A stretch of DNA of 64,000 bases, from NCBI GenBank assembly GCA_963737905.1, contig CAVTUQ010000027.1, forward strand, positions 1 through 64,000, read 5' to 3'. A program made the translations under genes and the position numbers. Shown here in pieces: positions 10,308-20,909 of this stretch; the stretch's first letter is position 1, and each line of letters begins with the position of its first letter. Source of the stretch: an uncultured delta proteobacterium (lineage in GTDB: Bacteria; Desulfobacterota; Binatia; UBA9968). The notes below the pieces were generated by a model. The model was not told the origin of the DNA, made no database searches, and saw nothing but the letters and a program-made list of their open reading frames with translations.

Positions 10308-11308
10308 ATGAAAAGAAAAGTCTATGGTCTTACCCTTTGCGTTTTGCTCTTTGCGCTAAGCGAATCCGCCCCGGCGCAGCAGCCGAAAAAAATCCCTCTG
10401 ATAGGGTATCTATCGTCGAATGTGCCAGCTAGAGCTAGTGATTCCACGCGTATCGAGACAATTCGGCTGGCGCTGCGCGAGCGTGGCTACATAGAAGGAC
10501 AGAACATCGGCTTCGAATACCGATATGCAGAGGGGAAGCGCGATCGGTATGCCGAGCTTGCGACCGAGCTGGTGCGTCTCAAGGCTGATATCATCGTGGT
10601 CGCAGGAGGGGCACCGCGGTTCGCGCAACCAGGAATGCGACCAAGACGATTCCCATCGTTATGACGGGCGCAGGGTCCGATCCTGTTAAGGCGGGCCTAG
10701 TTGAAAGTCTTGCGCGACCCGGCGGCAACGTCACCGGCCTGACAAACCTTGCCATAGACCTGGGCGGGAAGCGGCTGGAGCTGCTCAAAGAAGTGGTTCC
10801 CAAACTCGCCCGTGTCGCGGTTCTCTACGATGTGACCAACCCGGCCAATGTAATCGAGGTGAAAGAGGAGCTCTCAGTGACGGCGGGCGCGCTGCGGTTG
10901 ACTCTTCAGCCTTGGGAGGTGCGAACTGCCGACGATTTCGACCGGGTGTTCGCTGCGATAGGCAAGCAGCGCCCGGATGGACTCTATGTGTCCAGCGCGG
11001 GTCGGCTAATGCGTGGTAACAGGAAACGGATCGTCGGCTTTGCGTTAAATAGCCGGTTACCGTCATTGTACCAGAACAGAGACTTTGTAGATGCCGGTGG
11101 GCTGATGTCCTACGGGGCTGACTTCGCGGAAAGCCACCGGCGCGTCGCATATTACGTGGACAGAATTCTCAAGGGGGCCAAGCCGGCGGATCTGCCGGTG
11201 GAGCAGCCGACGAAATTCGAGTTTGTCATCAATCTGAAAACTGCCAAGCAGATCGGCCTTACGATTCCGCCGAACGTGGTGGCAAGAGCGGACAAGGTCA
11301 TAAAATAG
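10308..11308 (+). pseudogene. ABC_sub_bind SBP copy 7 (subfamily C), frameshift near 10610-10630
   Basis: ORFs 10266 and 10661 are collinear with copy 14. Confidence 0.85.
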
Positions 11309-11360
11309 CAGGGAGCAGGGAGCTAAGGGCAGGGAGCCAGAAAAATACACGGGAGAACCA

Positions 11361-12394
11361 ATGAGGAAACATTTCTTTGATATGTCGCTTGGCACTCTGC
11401 GCTTAGCTCGTAGCATTGTCGCTGCCATGGTCTTCGCTCCATGCTCCTTGCTCCGTGCTCTACAGTCGACGCGCAGCAGCCGGGAAAAATTCCGCGCATC
11501 GGTTTCGTGCCGGGAGCGGGCGACCCTGCCAATGCCGGGCCTGCTGTGGACGCATTCCGCCAAGCAATGCGCGAATTCGGTTACATCGAGGGGAAAAATA
11601 TTCAGGTCGAGTATCGCTATGATGAAGGAAAGGTGGACCATTTGCCCAGCATTGTCGCAGAGCTCATACAACTTAAGGTGGACGTCCTTATCCTCACAGC
11701 AATGACGGCGATCCGCGCTGCTAAGCAGGCAACCAAAACGATCCCCGTTGTTATGGTGACGACGCAAGATCCCGTCGCGGCTGGAATGATCAATAGCCTG
11801 GCTCGGCCAGGCGGGAACATCACAGGACTCACCACCCTTTCCAAAGAATTAAGCGGGAAACGCCTTGAGTTACTTAAGGAGGTGATACCAAACCTATCGC
11901 GAGTCGGGGTGCTATGGAATCCCGACGCCTCGGGATCGGTTACTGGGTTTCAAGAGTATGAGACTGTGTCACGGGCCTTAAAGATACAGCTTCAATCTCT
12001 AGCGGTCCACGCTCCGAAGCCTGATTTAGACAGCGCATTTAAAGCGGCAGTCAAGGGCCGTGCGCGTGCGCTCATCATGATTAGGCAGGGTCTTATCACC
12101 GGCTCTCAGAAGGCCATTGCGGATCTGGCGATAAAGAACCGACTGCCTTTAGCGGCCGAAGGAGCTGGCTTCGTAGAGTCGGGCAGTCTCATGTCCTATT
12201 CAGCCAGCGATACAGATCGCTACAAGCGCGCCGCTTACTACGTGGACCGAATTCTCAAAGGCGCCAAGCCCGCGGATCTTCCGGTTGAGCAGCCGACGAA
12301 GTTTGAACTGGTATTCAACCTAAATACTGCCAAGCAGATCGGCCTGGCGATTCCGCCAAATGTGCTGGTAAGGGCGGATAGAGTCATCAAGTAG
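11361..12394 (+). CDS. ABC_sub_bind SBP copy 8; leader out of frame by loss of one heptamer
   Basis: Mature domain intact from 11441; four repeat units versus five in paralogs. Confidence 0.85.
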
Positions 12395-12428
12395 GCAATA
12401 GGCATGAGCAACAATAGGAGAGAAATCC

Positions 12429-13397
12429 ATGAGTAAAAAAATTCCTGCCTGGCTACTGGCAACTTTCTTTCTGGCAACTGCTTCACCCGTCAAGGCGCAG
12501 CAGTCGAAAATTCCTCGCGTAGGTTTCTTGCGCCCAGTGGAAGCTGAAGAGTCTTATGTCGAGGCATTCCGGCAGGGGTTGAAGGAGCTTGGCTACGTTG
12601 AAGGGAAAAATATCGCTCTGGAGTACCGGTCGGGTAAGACCGATCAGTTCTCGAAGCTTGCCGCCGAACTAGTCGGCCTTCAGGTAGCTATCATTTTGGC
12701 AGATGGTACAGGGCTAGCCCTGGTTGCCAAGCAAGCAACCAGCAAGATCCCGATTGTTATGACGACCAGTACCGATCCTGTGGGGACCGGGCTCATTGCT
12801 AGCCTTGCGCGGCCGGGCGGAAACATTACGGGATTGGCCTCCAATAGCCAAGAGTTGGGTGGAAAAAACCTAGCTTTGCTTAAGGAGATCGTGCCGAGAC
12901 TCGCCCGCGTGGTCATCCCGACACCGGGTAGTTCAGCGGATGATATCTATGTAGAGGGAACAGAGGCTCCAGCGCGTGCGTTGGGAGTACAACTGATACC
13001 CGTGATCGTCCGAGGAGCGGAGGATTATGAAGGCGTATTTCGAGTCGCGACCCAAAAGCGGGCTAATGGTCTTCTCTCGCGATTACAGCCAAGAACTTCT
13101 TCTACTGCTCGCAAACAGTTCGTGGAGTTGGTAGCGAAGAGCCGTCTACCAGCCGTCTACGTGTCGACCAACTGGGTGGAGACCGGCGGCCTCATGTCAT
13201 ATGGACCAGACCGGATTGCTATGTACCGACGTGCTGCTACTTACGTCGACAAAATCCTGAAGGGTACCAAGCCGGCTGATCTGCCGGTGGAGCAGCCGAC
13301 GAAGTTTGAGTTGGTCATCAACCTCAAGACAGCCCAGCAGGTCGGCCTGATGATTCCACCCAATGTGTTGGCGAGAGCGGACCGAGTCATTAAATGA
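12429..13397 (+). CDS. ABC_sub_bind SBP copy 9
   Basis: Intact, signal peptide ending VKA-QQ, family motifs. Confidence 0.93.
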   Translation: MSKKIPAWLLATFFLATASPVKAQQSKIPRVGFLRPVEAEESYVEAFRQGLKELGYVEGKNIALEYRSGKTDQFSKLAAELVGLQVAIILADGTGLALVAKQATSKIPIVMTTSTDPVGTGLIASLARPGGNITGLASNSQELGGKNLALLKEIVPRLARVVIPTPGSSADDIYVEGTEAPARALGVQLIPVIVRGAEDYEGVFRVATQKRANGLLSRLQPRTSSTARKQFVELVAKSRLPAVYVSTNWVETGGLMSYGPDRIAMYRRAATYVDKILKGTKPADLPVEQPTKFELVINLKTAQQVGLMIPPNVLARADRVIK

Positions 13398-14494
13398 TTT
13401 TAGATTTTCGATTGCCGATTTTCGATTACGGAGAAAAACGAATGCAAAGGAAATTTCGAATTCGATTTTGTTTCTCTTGTTCCGACAATCGGATATCCAA
13501 AATCAAAAATCGAAAATCGGTGGGGATTTTTGCTCTCGTCGTCACTTTCGCGATGGGTGGCGCGGTGGTTCAGGCGCAGCAGCCGAAGAAAATCCCCCGG
13601 ATAGGATTCCTCACTGCGAACTCCCCTTCCACTATCCAGGCTCGCATTGAGGCCTTTCGCCAAGGGTTGCGCCAGCTCGGGTACGAGGAGGGGAAGAACA
13701 TTGTCGTTGAGTGGCGTTCTGCCGAAGGAAAACTAGATCGTCTCCCCGCGCTCGCGGCCGAACTGGTCCGCAACAAAGTTGACATCCTGGTTGTGCGCAA
13801 TAACGAGGGTGCCCGGGCCGCCAAGAATGCGACTAAAACGATCCCCATCATCATGGTGGGTGTTGGGATCGACCCTGTGGAGACTGGCCTACTTGAAAGC
13901 TTTGCCCGTCCTGGCGGTAACATCACAGGATTTACAGACTTTGGCGTGGAGACAGCCGGTAAACGCCTGGAGCTTTTCAAAGAGACCGTTCCAAACGCTG
14001 TCCGGGTCGCCATCCTCTACGATGCAACCAATCGAAGCAACTTCCTCACTGTGAAAGAGGTTCAGACGGCGGCGCGCCCGCTGAGTGTGACTGTTCAGCC
14101 TTGGGAGGTACGAGGTACAGAAGGTTTTGAGACGGTATTCGCTGCCCTAGGTAGGGAGCACCCGGATGGCCTCTTTATTACCGGGGGCCCACTCATGCGT
14201 GCTAACGAGAAACGCACGGCGAACTTTGCCTTAAAGCATCGGTTGCCGTCGATTTACAACAGCACCGAAGCTGTAGAGGCCGGCGCGCTCATGTCCTACG
14301 CGGCTGATGTCGTGGCCCCGTACCGGCGCGCTGCCAATTATGTCGACAAAATTCTGAAGGGTGCCAAGCCAGCCGATCTGCCGGTCGAACAACCGACCAA
14401 ATTTGAATTCATCATCAACTTGAAAACCGCTAAGCATATCGGATTGACGATCCCGCCCAATGTGCTGGTGCGGGCGGATAGGGTCATAAGATGA
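13394..14494 (+). CDS. ABC_sub_bind SBP copy 10 (B/C mosaic)
   Basis: Family motifs; N-terminus encoded by an L1 leader; start may be ATG 13442. Confidence 0.9.
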   Translation: MILDFRLPIFDYGEKRMQRKFRIRFCFSCSDNRISKIKNRKSVGIFALVVTFAMGGAVVQAQQPKKIPRIGFLTANSPSTIQARIEAFRQGLRQLGYEEGKNIVVEWRSAEGKLDRLPALAAELVRNKVDILVVRNNEGARAAKNATKTIPIIMVGVGIDPVETGLLESFARPGGNITGFTDFGVETAGKRLELFKETVPNAVRVAILYDATNRSNFLTVKEVQTAARPLSVTVQPWEVRGTEGFETVFAALGREHPDGLFITGGPLMRANEKRTANFALKHRLPSIYNSTEAVEAGALMSYAADVVAPYRRAANYVDKILKGAKPADLPVEQPTKFEFIINLKTAKHIGLTIPPNVLVRADRVIR

Positions 14495-14679
14495 GGCGTA
14501 AAGGGTAAAGGACAAGGAGCGAGGCGAGCAATGATGGAACTGAGATCCTTCGCTTTTGTTCAGGACAAGTTTTGGATTGGGAGAACCAAGCCCGTGGAGA
14601 GAACATCTTGCTCCAGAGTTTTGAATATTCACTGCGGCAATCGAGTAGGCTCAGCGGAAAAACAAAAGGGGAACCGATT

Positions 14680-15636
14680 ATGAGACGTCTAGTTTACGCT
14701 TCGCTGTTGCTATCGCTTTCTGGTTTAGTTCTGTGCGTACCGGTTCGGGCGGCGGATAAGATTCGAATCGGTTTACCTGCGGACGCCGGGCACTTCACTT
14801 TCCCTTTGGCGCAGAAAAGAGGGTTCCTAAAAGAGGAAGGATTTGACGCCGAGCTCATTACGATCACGGGCCCTGTGGCGAATATTGCCCTAAGTAACGG
14901 AGGCATTGACTACTATATGGGCTTTGGCTCCGGCATGCGGTCGATGCTTCAGGGATTGCCGGCCCGGATCGTCGCCTGCTACCGGCCCTTGCCGCATTTT
15001 GTGCTGCTGGGTCGGCCGGAGCTTAAATCAGTCAAAGATCTCAAGGGGAAGATCATCGGGGTCAACATTGGCGGAGGTCCCGATCTAGTGGCTCGATTGA
15101 TAATCAAACACTTTGGCCTAGATCCGGATAAGGACATGAAGTTTGTTGCCAGCGGTGGGAACGAAGGCGCTTTTGCTAGAATGAAGCAGGGCCTGATCGA
15201 TGCTACGTCGGCGCCTGTCCCTTGGGATTACCGCGCCAAGAAGATGGGCTTTATTGTCCTTGCCAGAGCCGAAGAACTCTTTACCTACCCGATCAGTGGC
15301 GTGGTAGCTCACACCAAAAAGATCAAAGACAAGCCGGATGAGATCAAGCGGCTCATCAGGGCGGGAATCAAAGCCAACCGCTACATGCGCGAGAATCGCG
15401 AGGGAACCATCCCGATTCTAATGAGCACCTATAGACTCGATCAAGAGGCCGGCACCGCGCTCTATGACTCTTTCGTGAAGGGATTCAATAACGACGGCAG
15501 CTTGCCGGAGGACGGATTCCGCAGACTCATTGAGGATACGAAGAGGGTGACGAAGGTAGATCGCGAGGTTGCCATAAGCGAAGTTGCCGATCTCTCGATT
15601 CTTAGAGAGGCCCAGAAGGAGCTAGGAATCAAATGA
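14680..15636 (+). CDS. NitT/TauT (SsuA/THI5-like) ABC SBP
   Basis: AQKRGFLKEEG and SVKDLKGK motifs, signal peptide. Confidence 0.88.
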   Translation: MRRLVYASLLLSLSGLVLCVPVRAADKIRIGLPADAGHFTFPLAQKRGFLKEEGFDAELITITGPVANIALSNGGIDYYMGFGSGMRSMLQGLPARIVACYRPLPHFVLLGRPELKSVKDLKGKIIGVNIGGGPDLVARLIIKHFGLDPDKDMKFVASGGNEGAFARMKQGLIDATSAPVPWDYRAKKMGFIVLARAEELFTYPISGVVAHTKKIKDKPDEIKRLIRAGIKANRYMRENREGTIPILMSTYRLDQEAGTALYDSFVKGFNNDGSLPEDGFRRLIEDTKRVTKVDREVAISEVADLSILREAQKELGIK

Positions 15637-15715
15637 TTTTCGATCCTTCGGCGGAGTTTATTGTGAGTACAAGCGGAAGGGCTCGGGACAGGTTTTGGAT
15701 TGGGAGTAACAAAAA

Positions 15716-16669
15716 ATGAATAAGATATTTGTGGCGTTGCTGACGATTTTTCTTACTCAAACCTCGGTTCAAGCGACGGACAAGATCAGGATCAGCACGC
15801 CCGGCGACGCCGCCCACTTCACCATACATTTAGCGCAGAAGAGAGGGTTTCTAAAAGAAGAAGGATTCGACGCCGAGGTGATTGTAATCTCAGGTCCGGT
15901 GGCGAACGTGGCCCTTAGTAACGGCGACACCGATTACTTCAGCGGTTTTGGCTCTGCGCTACGTTCCATCCTGCAAGGTTTGCCGCTTCGGATCGTTGCC
16001 TGCTATCGACCGACCCCACATTTCATGTTGCAGAGCCGTCCCGAGTTCAAATCCGTCAAGGATCTTAAGGGGAAGACCATCGGCATCACTGCATACGGCA
16101 GCGGCACCGAACTGGTCGGACGCATGATGATCAAGCACTTCGGCCTCGATCCGGACAAGGATGTGAAGTTTGTTCCCGGAGGTTCGGGCGAAGGTCGTTA
16201 TATAAGAATGCAGCAGGGTTTGCTCGATGCCACGATCGCGACTGTCCCAACGGAATATATTGGCAGGAAGATGGGCTTTCCGGTCATTGTACGGTCGGAA
16301 GAACTCTTTACCTATCCCTTCAGCGGGCTGACGACTTCGATCAGGAAGATCAAAGCGAAGCCCGACGAGGTCAAGCGCGTAATTCGCGCCGGCATCAAAG
16401 CCAATCGTTACATGCGCGCAAACCGCGACGGCACCATACCGGTACTGCTGAGCACGTATAGGATCGACAAAGAGGTTGCCGCAGCGGCCTATGATTCTTT
16501 CACTAAGGGCTTCAACCTCGACGGCAGCATGCCGGAGGACGGTTTCCGGCGGCTCCTCGACGACACCAAGAGAATTATGAAAATAGATCGAGAGGTTGCG
16601 TTGAGTGAAGTAGAGGATCTTTCGATTCTCCGGGAAGCACAGAAGGAGCTTGGGATAAAGGAAAAATAG
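15716..16669 (+). CDS. NitT/TauT ABC SBP paralog
   Basis: Closely similar to 14680. Confidence 0.9.
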   Translation: MNKIFVALLTIFLTQTSVQATDKIRISTPGDAAHFTIHLAQKRGFLKEEGFDAEVIVISGPVANVALSNGDTDYFSGFGSALRSILQGLPLRIVACYRPTPHFMLQSRPEFKSVKDLKGKTIGITAYGSGTELVGRMMIKHFGLDPDKDVKFVPGGSGEGRYIRMQQGLLDATIATVPTEYIGRKMGFPVIVRSEELFTYPFSGLTTSIRKIKAKPDEVKRVIRAGIKANRYMRANRDGTIPVLLSTYRIDKEVAAAAYDSFTKGFNLDGSMPEDGFRRLLDDTKRIMKIDREVALSEVEDLSILREAQKELGIKEK

Positions 16670-16710
16670 ACGAAAACTTCTTCAAACAGAATTCGGCAAG
16701 GAGATGCCCT

Positions 16711-17658
16711 ATGAACAAGTGTCTTGTGGCGTTACTCACGGTTTTTCTCCCCTACACGTCAGTGAATGCGGCGGACAAGGTCCGAATCAGTATTTCTAAC
16801 TTGAGTGGTCAGTTTATGACTTTCCCTCTGGCACACAAACGAGGCTTCCTCAAAGAAGAGGGAATCGAGACCGAGATAATCCGTGTTACCGGAGGGGCAG
16901 GCAGTGCGGCGTTGAGCAGTGGAGATCTGGATTACGGTACCGGGATGGCGGTTGGGGGCGCGATAACGGGGGCATTACCCGTCAAGGTAGTTGCCTGCTT
17001 CGTGCCGGCTCCAGTTTTCGCACTGGTTGCGCGCCCCGAGGTCAAAACAGTCCAAGAGCTTAAAGGCAAAACCGTCGGAATTTCTACGTTTGGTGGTCTA
17101 TCCATCTTTGGAGCGCGGGTTATAGCCAAGCACTTTGGTCTTGACCCCGATAAGGATGTGAAGTTCGTCGCCATTGGCGCAGTCGAGGCTCGTTTTATCA
17201 GGCTCACCCAGGGCTTGGTCGATGCGACCATGCTTGCTCCCCCCTTGGACTCCGAGGCGAAGAAGAAGGGGTTCAATATTCTTGCCAGAGCCGAGGATAT
17301 CCTCATCTTCCCCGAGACGGGTTTAGTAACCGGTGTGAAGAAAATCCAAGAGAAGGCCGATGAAATCAAACGCGTCATCAAGGCGGGTATTAGAGCCAAT
17401 CGCTATATTCGCACAGATCGCGACGGTACCATTCAGTTCATCATGGAATGGCTGAAGGTCAATCGAGAGGTTGCCACGGCCACTTACGACGGCGTGTTCA
17501 GGGTCTACAACGAAGATCCAGCCATCTGCGAAAAGGGGCTGCGCGTGATGATTGAAGAGAGAAAGCAGACTTTGAAAATTACCCGCGATGTACCGCTGAG
17601 CGAAGTGGCGGATCTATCCCTCCTCAGAGAGGTACAGAGGGAGATGGGGATTAAATAA
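16711..17658 (+). CDS. NitT/TauT ABC SBP paralog
   Basis: Same motifs (HFGLDPDKDVKFV). Confidence 0.9.
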   Translation: MNKCLVALLTVFLPYTSVNAADKVRISISNLSGQFMTFPLAHKRGFLKEEGIETEIIRVTGGAGSAALSSGDLDYGTGMAVGGAITGALPVKVVACFVPAPVFALVARPEVKTVQELKGKTVGISTFGGLSIFGARVIAKHFGLDPDKDVKFVAIGAVEARFIRLTQGLVDATMLAPPLDSEAKKKGFNILARAEDILIFPETGLVTGVKKIQEKADEIKRVIKAGIRANRYIRTDRDGTIQFIMEWLKVNREVATATYDGVFRVYNEDPAICEKGLRVMIEERKQTLKITRDVPLSEVADLSLLREVQREMGIK

Positions 17659-17694
17659 GTTCGACGTCGGTTTCCAACCGCACATTAGCGAATC

Positions 17695-17721
17695 GCGCGG
17701 ATAGATCGGGTCATCAGATGA
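17695..17721 (+). repeat. Orphan SBP 3' tail after the NitT/TauT cargo
   Basis: gcgcggatagatcgggtcatcagatga = ARIDRVIR*. Confidence 0.7.
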
Positions 17722-18737
17722 CAGAAGTCAGATGTCAACAAAGATCGAAAAAAACCATGAGCAAGAAAATCATTGGTTTTGCTATATGCTCCCTGCTCCT
17801 TGCTCCCTGCTTTCCATCACCGGCGCAGCCGCAGGCAAAGGTATCTAAGATCGGCCTTCTCAGGGCTCGGCTCTCCGCTTCAGGCACCTCGCTGGACGCA
17901 TTGGTTCGAGAACTCCGCGCAATCGGCTATGTCGAGGGCAAGAACATAGCGTTCGACTCTCGATCCGCTGAAAACAAACTCAACCGGCTCCCCGCCCTAG
18001 CTGACGAGTTGGTCCGTCTCAAAGTCGATGTACTGATCGCACCCGCGATGGAGGAAGCTTTAGCCGCTAAGAGCGTTACTAGGACAATTCCCGTCGTTTT
18101 TTTAAGCGGGGGCGATCCTGTTGCATCGGGACTAGTTGACAGCCTCGCGCGACCTGGGGGAAACATTACAGGGTTCACCTCAATTTCGACGGTGTTATCT
18201 GGCAAACGATTGGAGATACTCAAGGAAACCATTCCCAAGCTCTCCCGCGTTGCGGTGTTGTGGGATCCATTGGTTTCAAGTACTGCGCAACAATGGAAAG
18301 AAAGCCAGCTGCCGGCACGAGAACTGGGCTTGCAGCTCTATTCCATGGAAATCAGCAGCGTCGACAAATTTGAAAGCGCGTTTAAGGAGGCGATTAAAGC
18401 AGGGAGCACTGCTCTCGTCGTGGTCGGGGGTCCGTTGATCACTTCTAACCGAAAACGGATCGCGGAGCTGGCGATAAAAAGCCGGCTACCGACAATGTAC
18501 CCAGATATCCGCTATGCAAACGCTGGTGGCTTGATGTCCTACGGGGCTGATCGGACCGAACCCTATAGGCGCATAGCGTCGATGGTTGATAAGATTCTAA
18601 AAGGCACCAAGCCCGCCGATATTCCGGTCGAGCAGCCGACGAAGTTTGAGCTGATCATCAATCTCAAAGCCGCCAAGCAGATCGGCCTGACGATACCGCC
18701 GAATGTGCTTGTGAGAGCAGATAAGGTCATTAGGTGA
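17718..18737 (+). CDS. ABC_sub_bind SBP copy 11
   Basis: Intact, family motifs; alternative start ATG 17757. Confidence 0.92.
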   Translation: MTEVRCQQRSKKTMSKKIIGFAICSLLLAPCFPSPAQPQAKVSKIGLLRARLSASGTSLDALVRELRAIGYVEGKNIAFDSRSAENKLNRLPALADELVRLKVDVLIAPAMEEALAAKSVTRTIPVVFLSGGDPVASGLVDSLARPGGNITGFTSISTVLSGKRLEILKETIPKLSRVAVLWDPLVSSTAQQWKESQLPARELGLQLYSMEISSVDKFESAFKEAIKAGSTALVVVGGPLITSNRKRIAELAIKSRLPTMYPDIRYANAGGLMSYGADRTEPYRRIASMVDKILKGTKPADIPVEQPTKFELIINLKAAKQIGLTIPPNVLVRADKVIR

Positions 18738-18774
18738 TTCGAGATTTTCGATTTTAGAGTGGGGAGAAAAACAA

Positions 18775-19829
18775 ATGCACAAGAAATTTCGAATTCGGTT
18801 TGGTTTCTCTCGCTCCGACAATCGGAAATTTAAAATCGAAAATCTAAAATGGGCGGTGGTTGTTGGAATCCAGGTCTTGATTTTTGGGTGTGTGGGAATG
18901 GCTCAGGCGCAGCAGCCAGCGAAAGTCGCCCGCATTGGTTTCCTGGATCCAGGCACTGCTTCCGGTAGCGCGAGTCTCTTGGAGGCGATGCGGCAGGAGA
19001 TGAGCAAGCTTGGATGGATCGAGGGAAAGAATATCACCATCGAGTTCCGGTTTGCGGATCAAAAAATTGAGCGCCTACCTGACCTTGCGGCAGACCTAGT
19101 GCGTCTGAAGGTAGACGTGATCGTTACGGGTGGTTCGGGACCAACGCGTTCCGCTAAGGAAGCAACTGTGACGATTCCCATTGTCATGGCGCAGGATCCC
19201 GATCCTGTGGGCAATGGGTTCGTCACCAGCCTTGCGCGGCCGGGAGGCAATGTCACCGGGCTGTCAGGTTTAACGAACGAGCTAAGTACCAAAAGGCTAG
19301 AGATACTCAAGGACACGGTGCCCAAGCTCGCCCGAGTTGGACTTTTGCTTGCACCGGGAAACAGCATAACAAGAGAACTTGAACTGAAAGATCTCAGGCC
19401 CGCGGCGCTGGCACTGAAGCTCAAATTGGAGGAAATCGAGACTCAATCCGACGCCAAAGGTTTAGAGAGCGCCTTTCAAACCGCAAAGCGGAAGCAGGTC
19501 AATGCGATTATGACGTCCTCCAGTCGCTCCATTTTCGGCGAAAGAAAACGGATCGTCGAGCTTGCCGGCAAACATCGGTTGCCAGCCATTTACTTGCAGA
19601 AGGAGTTTGTCGATGAGGGCGGCCTCATGTTCTACGGGGCGGACTATACTGACCTCTTTCGGCGCGCGGCTGTTTACGTGGACAAGATTTTGAAAGGTGC
19701 CAAACCGGCTGATTTGCCGGTGAGCAGGCAACGAAGTTTGAGTTCATCATCAACTTGAAGGCAGCGAAACAGATTGATTTGACAATTCCACCTGAGGTGC
19801 TAGCCCGGGCGAATCGGGTCATTAAATGA
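18775..19829 (+). pseudogene. ABC_sub_bind SBP copy 12 (A/B/A mosaic), 1-nt frameshift near 19722
   Basis: ccggtgagcagg here versus ccggtgcagcagg; conserved tail ends at TGA 19829. Confidence 0.85.
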
Positions 19830-19873
19830 CAGTGAGCGGTGGGCAGTGAGCAGCAAAAACGGGAGCAAAGCGC

Positions 19874-20857
19874 ATGATCAAACAAATTCCTATCTGTTTA
19901 CTGCTAACTGTCTTGCTGATAACCGTCTCTTCCACTGAGGCGCAGCAGGCAACGAAAGTCCCGCGAATTGGTTATCTAACTGGTGCCACGCGTGACGGTC
20001 AATCGGCCCGCATCGAGTCTTTCCGGCAGGGTCTGCGCGAGCTTGGGTACCTAGAGGGAAAAAACATTGTCATTGAGTATCGATACGCGGAAGAAAAACA
20101 AGATCGCCTCTCCGCACTGGCGGCCGAGTTAGTGCGTTTAAAGGTTGATGTAATCGTTACGGGTGGGGGTGGAAATACTCGTGCTGCTAAAGAAGCAACC
20201 AATACGATTCCCATTGTCATGGCGCAGGATAGCGATCCTGTCGGCAATGGGTTCGTAGGCAGCCTGGCGCGGCCTGGAGGAAACATCACGGGACTGTCCA
20301 ACCTTTCCCCGGAGATAAGTGGCAAACAACTAGAGCTTCTGAAGGAGATCGTTCCTAAACTCTCACGCGTGGCCGTCCTCGGGACTTCAACCAACCCCGC
20401 TAACTCGCCACAGCTAAGAGAGCTTGAACTCGCTGCCGGGGCGCTCAACGTGAAGCTTCAATACCTGGGCGTACTAGGTCCTAAGGATATTGAAACTGCA
20501 TTTCGAGCCTTAACCAAAGGGAGTGCCGACGCAGTCCTTGTGCTGCCAGGCCCCATCTTCAATTCTAATCGATCACAAATTGCCAAACTTGCAGTAAAGA
20601 GCCGGCTCCCGGCGATTTATAGCCATTCACGGTACGTCATAGACGGGGGACTTATGACATACGGCGTGAACCAGGCCGACTTGGACCGGCGCGCTGCAAC
20701 CTATGTGGACAAGATCCTGAAAGGCGCCAAGCCTGCCGATCTACCGGTGGAGCAGCCCAAGAAGTTCGAGTTCGTCATCAATCTCAAAGCGGCGAAGCAA
20801 ATCGGCCTGACGATTCCGCCGAATGTGCTCGCGCGGGCTGATCGGGTCATAAAATAG
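19874..20857 (+). CDS. ABC_sub_bind SBP copy 13 (subfamily B)
   Basis: Intact, family motifs. Confidence 0.93.
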   Translation: MIKQIPICLLLTVLLITVSSTEAQQATKVPRIGYLTGATRDGQSARIESFRQGLRELGYLEGKNIVIEYRYAEEKQDRLSALAAELVRLKVDVIVTGGGGNTRAAKEATNTIPIVMAQDSDPVGNGFVGSLARPGGNITGLSNLSPEISGKQLELLKEIVPKLSRVAVLGTSTNPANSPQLRELELAAGALNVKLQYLGVLGPKDIETAFRALTKGSADAVLVLPGPIFNSNRSQIAKLAVKSRLPAIYSHSRYVIDGGLMTYGVNQADLDRRAATYVDKILKGAKPADLPVEQPKKFEFVINLKAAKQIGLTIPPNVLARADRVIK

Positions 20858-20909
20858 CAGGGAGCAGGGAGCTAGGGGCAGGGAGCCAGAAAAACACACG
20901 GGAGAACTA

